Part shown: positions 58,600 through 64,000 of the stretch, piece after piece
Position numbering within the stretch: position 1 is the stretch's first letter
Layout: each line of letters starts with the position of its first letter
Assembly (NCBI GenBank): GCA_964406305.1
Contig: CAYORF010000004.1
Location: 2,237-66,236, forward strand
Source of the DNA: an uncultured Anaerolineales bacterium
Lineage (GTDB): Bacteria; Chloroflexota; Anaerolineae; Anaerolineales; UBA11858
Length of the DNA: 64,000 bases
Reading direction: 5' to 3'
Program-made: the position numbers and the translations under genes
The notes under the pieces: generated by a model
Databases searched by the model: none
The model's input: only the letters and a program-made list of their open reading frames with translations
Told to the model about the DNA's origin: nothing

Positions 58600-60297
58600 A
58601 TGAAAAAAAGCATAATCTTTATTTCCCTGATCTGTGTGATCGTATTGGTTGGAATTGGGTTTACATCCTCAATTGCGCAAGCAGCCCCGCCCAAGCAAGG
58701 GGGTGATTCAAATCCGCCTGACAGACCGGTGAAATTGATCTTCATTCACCATTCCACCGGAGAAAACTGGTTAACTAATGGATACGGAAATCTAGGCGAG
58801 TCCCTGGCTGATAATAACTATTATGTCAGTGATACCAATTACGGCTGGGGACCTCACGGCATTGGAGATCGGACCGATATCCCTGATTGGGAAGAGTGGT
58901 TCAGCAGCGAGAACACTGCTACCTATATGGAAGCGCTTTTCAACGAAGGGAATCAGCACGCTGAATACTCTCGGAATTCGTCAGATCCCGGAGGAGAGAA
59001 CGAGATCATCATGTTCAAATCCTGTTTCCCGAACTCGGACCTGGAAGGCAATCCTGACGATCCCCCAACGGCTGACGGTTGGCTATCGGTAGGCCATGCC
59101 AAATATGTCTACAATGATATTTTGAGTTACTTCGGGCAGCACCCCGAAAAACTATTTGTGGTCATTACCGCCCCACCCCTCAGCGACCGAGGCAATGCGG
59201 CCAATGCCAGAGCGTTTAATCTTTGGCTCTTGAACGATTGGCTGGATGAGAATGATTATCCCTATCATAACGTTGCTGTTTTTGATTTCTATAATGTGTT
59301 AACTGGCAAAGACGGGCACCATACCTTTGAAAACGGGGGTGAAGTCCACCAGGTTGCCAACAAAGACACCTTGGCCTATCCCTCCGGAGACGATCATCCT
59401 TCAAAAAAAGGCAGTCAAAAAGCAACTGATGAATTTATTCCACTTCTGAATTATTTCTACAATCGCTGGCAGGCTGAAAACCCAACTACTCTGCCGCCAA
59501 TAGGCGAGGATTCCTCAGGGGATACTTCACAAGCAGATGAATACACACAACGCCCCGATTATCCAGAGCTATCCGGAGTGATCGATAATTTTGAGGGTGC
59601 TGCGCCGGCCGGAACCAATGGCTGGGAAGTTTTCTGGGACGAGAGCACCAAGTCTGAACTTTCCTGTGGAGTGGAAGAAGGAACAGGAGCAAGCGGCAAC
59701 GCCTTGCGTCTCGATTATCATATTTCGGATTTCAGCTGGGGAACCTGTGGATTGTTTTTTGACCAAGCCGAGGATTGGAGCGGGTCCGCGGGGCTGGCAT
59801 TTACTGTCCTGGTTGGGCAAGCAGGGCAAACATTACACGTGGATCTTTATGTGGAGGGTCCTGAAAGTCAAGAATCCTATATTTCTGAGCTTGATCTGGA
59901 ACCCAGGATGGAGGAAGAATGGGTCCGGATTGGCATTCCCTGGGATTATTTCCATCGAGTGGACTGGGAAGCAAATGCGGGCGCACCGTTGAGAAAACCT
60001 GTCCAAGTGTCTGGCGTGGCGTTCGGATTCAGCACCGAGGACGAGGAAATTGAGGGTGTGATCTGGATTGACGACCTGGGCTGGATGATCCCAAGAGAAG
60101 ACATAAACGAGGAAATAGAAACCTCGCCAGAACAGGTCAATGAAGAATCATATACTGACGAAACATACAGCGAAGAATCGAGAGGTTTTAATTTTCCCTG
60201 TATTGGTTCGCTGGCTATGCCTGTAGGGCTGGTCGGTATGGCTTTGTTTCAAAGGAAGAGAGTCAAGAAAAATTATTCAGAAGAGCATTCATATTAA
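58600..60297 (+). CDS. Secreted SGNH-like + CBM11-like protein with C-terminal membrane anchor
   Basis: Signal peptide; IHHSTG and GDDHP (DxxH); second domain IDNFEG..DWSG..WIDDL; C-terminal PCIGS, TM, then RKRVKK. Confidence 0.65.
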   Translation: MKKSIIFISLICVIVLVGIGFTSSIAQAAPPKQGGDSNPPDRPVKLIFIHHSTGENWLTNGYGNLGESLADNNYYVSDTNYGWGPHGIGDRTDIPDWEEWFSSENTATYMEALFNEGNQHAEYSRNSSDPGGENEIIMFKSCFPNSDLEGNPDDPPTADGWLSVGHAKYVYNDILSYFGQHPEKLFVVITAPPLSDRGNAANARAFNLWLLNDWLDENDYPYHNVAVFDFYNVLTGKDGHHTFENGGEVHQVANKDTLAYPSGDDHPSKKGSQKATDEFIPLLNYFYNRWQAENPTTLPPIGEDSSGDTSQADEYTQRPDYPELSGVIDNFEGAAPAGTNGWEVFWDESTKSELSCGVEEGTGASGNALRLDYHISDFSWGTCGLFFDQAEDWSGSAGLAFTVLVGQAGQTLHVDLYVEGPESQESYISELDLEPRMEEEWVRIGIPWDYFHRVDWEANAGAPLRKPVQVSGVAFGFSTEDEEIEGVIWIDDLGWMIPREDINEEIETSPEQVNEESYTDETYSEESRGFNFPCIGSLAMPVGLVGMALFQRKRVKKNYSEEHSY

Positions 60298-60302
60298 ATA
60301 TA

Positions 60303-60333
60303 AAAGCTGCGGCCCCAAGCGGATCGCAGCTTT
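60303..60333. terminator. Bidirectional intrinsic terminator
   Basis: AAAGCTGCGG...TCGCAGCTTT between convergent genes. Confidence 0.65.
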
Positions 60334-60338
60334 ATTTA

Positions 60339-61367
60339 TTATGAGGAAGCCACTACGGCCCCTGCTTCCGGTTCAGGGGGATTAAAACGCTCACGTTTCC
60401 CTAACCAGAGGTGGAGCCCATAGAAACATGCCACTGATATCGCGCAGATTTCGGCACCCACGAATCCAAACATGCCAAAGCCGATCATGTAGAAGAAGAC
60501 TCCCACTGCCATCATGATGAAGGCAGGATATTTCTTGATGATCCGAGTGGTTGTGAACTGGAGAAGGATCACAGTGATCGCGCTGGCTGTTAACAGAAAA
60601 CCAAAACCCTGGGGGTGAATGCCGTGATTATCCCGCAAATAGACTGAAAGGCTGTTGTACAGCTGCTGGTAGACCAGGCCCATTAACATCGCCGCGAATA
60701 GAAATGCCAAGTAAGCATAATCTTTGAATACGATGCGGTAAACAGCAAAAGTCTTCAGGATACTCTCAGAATCCCCGCTGGTCTCTGGCTTGGTTTCCGG
60801 GATATACATAAAGACTATAACTGCGACAATACAACTGACCACAGCATCCAGGACAAAAAAAGCAAAGAAACTTTTGTCGGCGATAAATCCACCGATGGTC
60901 GGGCCAATGATCCAGGCCATATTTCCAACTACGCGCAGTATCCCAAAACCTTCCTGCCGTTTCTCCTCTGGCAACAAGTCTGCCACCATAGCCTGGTGTG
61001 CGGGGTCGGCAATATTGGAAAATAATCCGATTACCACGGCCACAGGAATCAACAATGAAAACTCATTGACCAGGCCTAAGGAAAGGGTGCTGACCGCGCT
61101 GAAGACCAGTCCAAACAGGATCAGAGATTTGCGGCCGAATTTATCGGTCAGCGCTCCACCTATCGCGGAACCGATCAGACCAAATGCAGAAAATGTACCC
61201 AGGACTAATCCGGCCTAGGTCATGCCAACACCAAATTTCTGGGTTATATAGAGGGTGAAAAATGGGAATAAGAGAGTTCCACCAATCCTGTCGATGAAAG
61301 AAGTGGCGACGACAACCCAAAATTTCTTTGGAAAATCATGATAAATCTTCTGCAATCGATTGAACAT
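60339..61367 (-). pseudogene. MFS transporter pseudogene
   Basis: The ATG at 61367 gives MFNRLQKIY...FGVGMT*AGLVLG...LTDKFGRK, with an internal TAG near 61215-61217. At 343 codons it is short for a 12-TM MFS, suggesting an internal deletion after GFVG. Confidence 0.8.
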
Positions 61368-61489
61368 GGAGGCTCCATTTTCTAGAACGATACGCGATTA
61401 TAATATGGTAATCCAAGGGAAATATCATCCAAATGGATGGTTCTTTAACCCCCTAGACGACCTATTAAGATTTTCCCTTTAAGTTTTAG

Positions 61490-62686
61490 TTATACTGCTT
61501 GGGCGGATTTAGATTTTTCTGTCGGATCTTTTAATTTGGTTTGAACAAAGAGGAAACCTAGGAACATGATCAATGAACCTACCAGATAAGGTAGGGTGAT
61601 CCGGATGTCAAATAGGAATCCCGCCAGCAAGGGACCTATGAAACGCCCCAAGCTCATAAACGAGCTATTCAGGCCCAGAGCCAAGCCCTGATCGACCTCG
61701 GTTTCCTTGGACACCAGGGATGAGATCGAAGGACGTAACATGGCATTAGTAAAGGCAAATAACCCGATGGTTAGTAACAGGGTCGTGAAATCATATGCGG
61801 TCAGGATTAGTAAAAAGGTCACAGTTATGCCCAGAAGAGAGGCTTTGATTACGGTTCGTTCACCAAAACGCTTGGTAGCAGGGCCGGTAAGGACTATCTG
61901 AACTCCCGCGACCACGGTGCCGACAACAACCATCACTGAGCCAACTTCTTTTGGTCCAAAACCAAATCTTTCCAGGGCAAAGAGACCCAAGATGCCTTCC
62001 ATATTACTTAATCCGAAGCTGACCAGGAAGCTTAATAAAAAGAACATTCCCATCGGCCCCTTCAACCCTTGCCACATACCAGCATAGCGGGAGGAGATAT
62101 CCAGCTTTACACCTTTGGCCCGCTTTTCTACCGGTAGTGATTCAGGGAGAATTAGTACTATCAACAAGCCGGCTACCAGGGAGAGAGCCCCAGCGACAAA
62201 AAATGGAGTCGACAGGGATTTTGCACCTAGCCAGCCCCCGATGCCAGGTCCAAGTACCATACCCGTACCCATGGCCGCGCCAATCACACCCATCCCGCCA
62301 CCGCGATTCTCTTTTGAAGTACTGTCACCGATAAAAGCTAGCGCTGTCGGAAGGGTCGCTGCTGAGAAAATCCCCGACAGCGCCCGGGCGACAAATAACA
62401 TCCACAACTGGGTGGAAAGTCCAAACATTAACAGGGCCAGGGCATTGCCAAGTGCGCCAACAATCAAGATCGGTTTGCGCCCCACGTTATCTGAGATCGA
62501 ACCCCAGATAGGGGAAAATACCAGCTGAAATAAAGCATGAAGCGAGATCAGAGCTCCCAGGGCTTTTCCGCTGGCGCCGAAATCATCTACCAGGAAAGCT
62601 TCCAGCGGGATTAATACACCAAAACCCAGCAGAATAACCGCCAGGGAAAAGTATAAAAGGATCAAATTGCGTCGTTGTGGGTTCAT
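61490..62686 (-). CDS. MFS transporter (DHA1/TetA-like)
   Basis: GSISDNVGRK, ARALSG, GPGIGG, GPLLAG; 12 TM segments. Confidence 0.9.
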   Translation of the reverse strand: MNPQRRNLILLYFSLAVILLGFGVLIPLEAFLVDDFGASGKALGALISLHALFQLVFSPIWGSISDNVGRKPILIVGALGNALALLMFGLSTQLWMLFVARALSGIFSAATLPTALAFIGDSTSKENRGGGMGVIGAAMGTGMVLGPGIGGWLGAKSLSTPFFVAGALSLVAGLLIVLILPESLPVEKRAKGVKLDISSRYAGMWQGLKGPMGMFFLLSFLVSFGLSNMEGILGLFALERFGFGPKEVGSVMVVVGTVVAGVQIVLTGPATKRFGERTVIKASLLGITVTFLLILTAYDFTTLLLTIGLFAFTNAMLRPSISSLVSKETEVDQGLALGLNSSFMSLGRFIGPLLAGFLFDIRITLPYLVGSLIMFLGFLFVQTKLKDPTEKSKSAQAV

Positions 62687-62930
62687 CGTTACCTTTAATT
62701 TTTGAATTGGCAGGAATACCTAGTATATCGCAGATTTACTTCGGGAAAAAACTTCAGGAACTGATAATATTATCCAGCTCCTGACATCGTCTTAGATCGA
62801 TGATTTTATTATACATAAGGAAACACTGTGTAGCTGCTTTGGTTTTGGATATTCTCTGGGTGCTCACAGTTCCTCGGCGGTGTTATTATTAAATCAGAAC
62901 GGGCATTTGAGATTCTGTGGGAGTTTTATT

Positions 62931-63797
62931 ATGAAACTTCAGCGTTTTAATAACCCTGGGGGATTCCAGGATAAGGTCCAGGATTTTCTAGTAGAAGATG
63001 AAGTGGAAAATAATTTACCCCTGGGCATAATCAATAGCCTGATCGCCGGAGAGTATCGTGATCGGGAACCGTACATGGCCTATGTTGAAGAGAGAGGGAG
63101 GCCAATCATTGTTATCTTGTGCACTCCACCCCTTCAAACAATATTTTCATACACAGATTTTCTCCCCGCAGACGAAATCTTGGAACTTTTTCTTAAAGAC
63201 CTGATAGATTTTCTGGGGGGTGATTTCGTGGGTATTTCAGCTAATAAGAAGCTGGCTGCAAGGCTAAAAGGAATCTGGGAAGGAATAGCTGGGAGAAAAG
63301 CTGAACAGCATATGTCCATGCGCATCTACAAACTGGAAGAAGTGATTCCTACCCCGAATATCGCCGGTTTTATCCGACCAGTTGAAAAAAGAGATCGAAG
63401 GATGATGATGGATTGGCTTGACGGATTTTACCGAGAAGCAGTTCAGGAATCCCCAGACCCAGCCAGGGTTCGAAGACAGGTTGATTTGTACATGAGAGAA
63501 GATTCGAAATTAAGGGGATTAATGATCTGGGAAAAGCGCGGAATCCCAGTTTCAATGGCTGGCTATGCCGGCCCAATCCCCAACAGCATCCGGGTAGGTG
63601 CTGTGTTTACACCGCCCGATCAGCGAAAAAGAGGATATGCCAGTGCTGTCACTGCGGGATTGAGCCAGCATTTGCTAGATATGGGATATCAGTTCTGTTT
63701 TTTATTCACTGATCTACTTAACCCGACTTCCAATCATATTTACCAGCAAATTGGCTATAAACCAGTATGTGATGTCGATCGCTATACTTTTAAATAA
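62931..63797 (+). CDS. GNAT-family N-acetyltransferase
   Basis: VGAVFTPPDQRKRGYA, LFTDLLNPTSNHIYQQIGY. Start refined to the ATG at 62931. Confidence 0.88.
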   Translation: MKLQRFNNPGGFQDKVQDFLVEDEVENNLPLGIINSLIAGEYRDREPYMAYVEERGRPIIVILCTPPLQTIFSYTDFLPADEILELFLKDLIDFLGGDFVGISANKKLAARLKGIWEGIAGRKAEQHMSMRIYKLEEVIPTPNIAGFIRPVEKRDRRMMMDWLDGFYREAVQESPDPARVRRQVDLYMREDSKLRGLMIWEKRGIPVSMAGYAGPIPNSIRVGAVFTPPDQRKRGYASAVTAGLSQHLLDMGYQFCFLFTDLLNPTSNHIYQQIGYKPVCDVDRYTFK

Positions 63798-63835
63798 ACC
63801 ATAATCTGATTATTGAATTACAAGGAAGATAGATA

Positions 63836-64000
63836 ATGAAAACAATTGGCTTGATAGGCGGCATGAGTTGGGAATCCTCCATTGAATATTACCGGATCAT
63901 CAACCAGGAGGTTCGAGAAGCCTTGGGAGGAGTGCATTCCGCCAAAAGCGTGATGGTTTCGTTGGATTTTGGGGAAATTGAAGAGCTGCAAATGAAAGGA
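63836..64000 (+). CDS. Aspartate/glutamate racemase family (YgeA/RacX-like), 3'-truncated
   Basis: Manual translation: MKTIGLIGGMSWESSIEYYRIINQEVREALGGVHSAK... Confidence 0.9.
   Translation, partial: MKTIGLIGGMSWESSIEYYRIINQEVREALGGVHSAKSVMVSLDFGEIEELQMKG

Noticed and set aside
25837-61217. TAG recoding (Gln or pyrrolysine) to explain the two in-frame ambers
   Set aside because: TAG is a normal stop for rnd (2524), the cupin (18132) and the ABC permease (47475), and both amber-containing genes are also truncated or deleted.
1-64000. CRISPR arrays, IS elements, prophage, rRNA
   Set aside because: No repeat-spacer arrays, transposase, integrase, phage genes or rRNA-like sequence seen.

Overview
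This is 64 kb of ~46% GC (rough estimate) bacterial chromosome with no mobile elements or CRISPR. The style of the hypothetical and membrane proteins suggests Chloroflexota/Anaerolineae (inference, not proven). Main results: (1) At 3.9-20.6 kb there is a self-contained sugar catabolism regulon: Gat-family PTS IIA/IIB/IIC, EI and HPr, a UlaE-like epimerase, a UlaD/HPS-like enzyme with an unusual active site, an acetoin-dehydrogenase-type E1a/E1b/E2 with E3 in the divergent operon, a SorC-family repressor, and three phosphatase-type genes. Both leftward promoters carry the same tandem TCACATATGTGA operator. (2) At 41.3-41.7 kb there is a very likely chromosomal origin (oriC) with a Bacillus-type basal unwinding module and a phased DnaA-box array. 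No dnaA is present in the window, a perfect parS lies at 44863, and gene orientation switches here. (3) A YtrA-YhfC-ABC-Ig/zinc-ribbon operon contains two proteins that share a C-terminal motif. (4) Two decayed genes both have an internal TAG that fits a CCAGG->CTAGG change. The rest is housekeeping: RNase D, beta-CASP nuclease, Tex, DegV, Pit, MacAB-type ABC plus two-component system, glgC, tRNA-Ser, tRNA-Leu, a short SSB, a thioester-less alpha-2-macroglobulin and MFS transporters.
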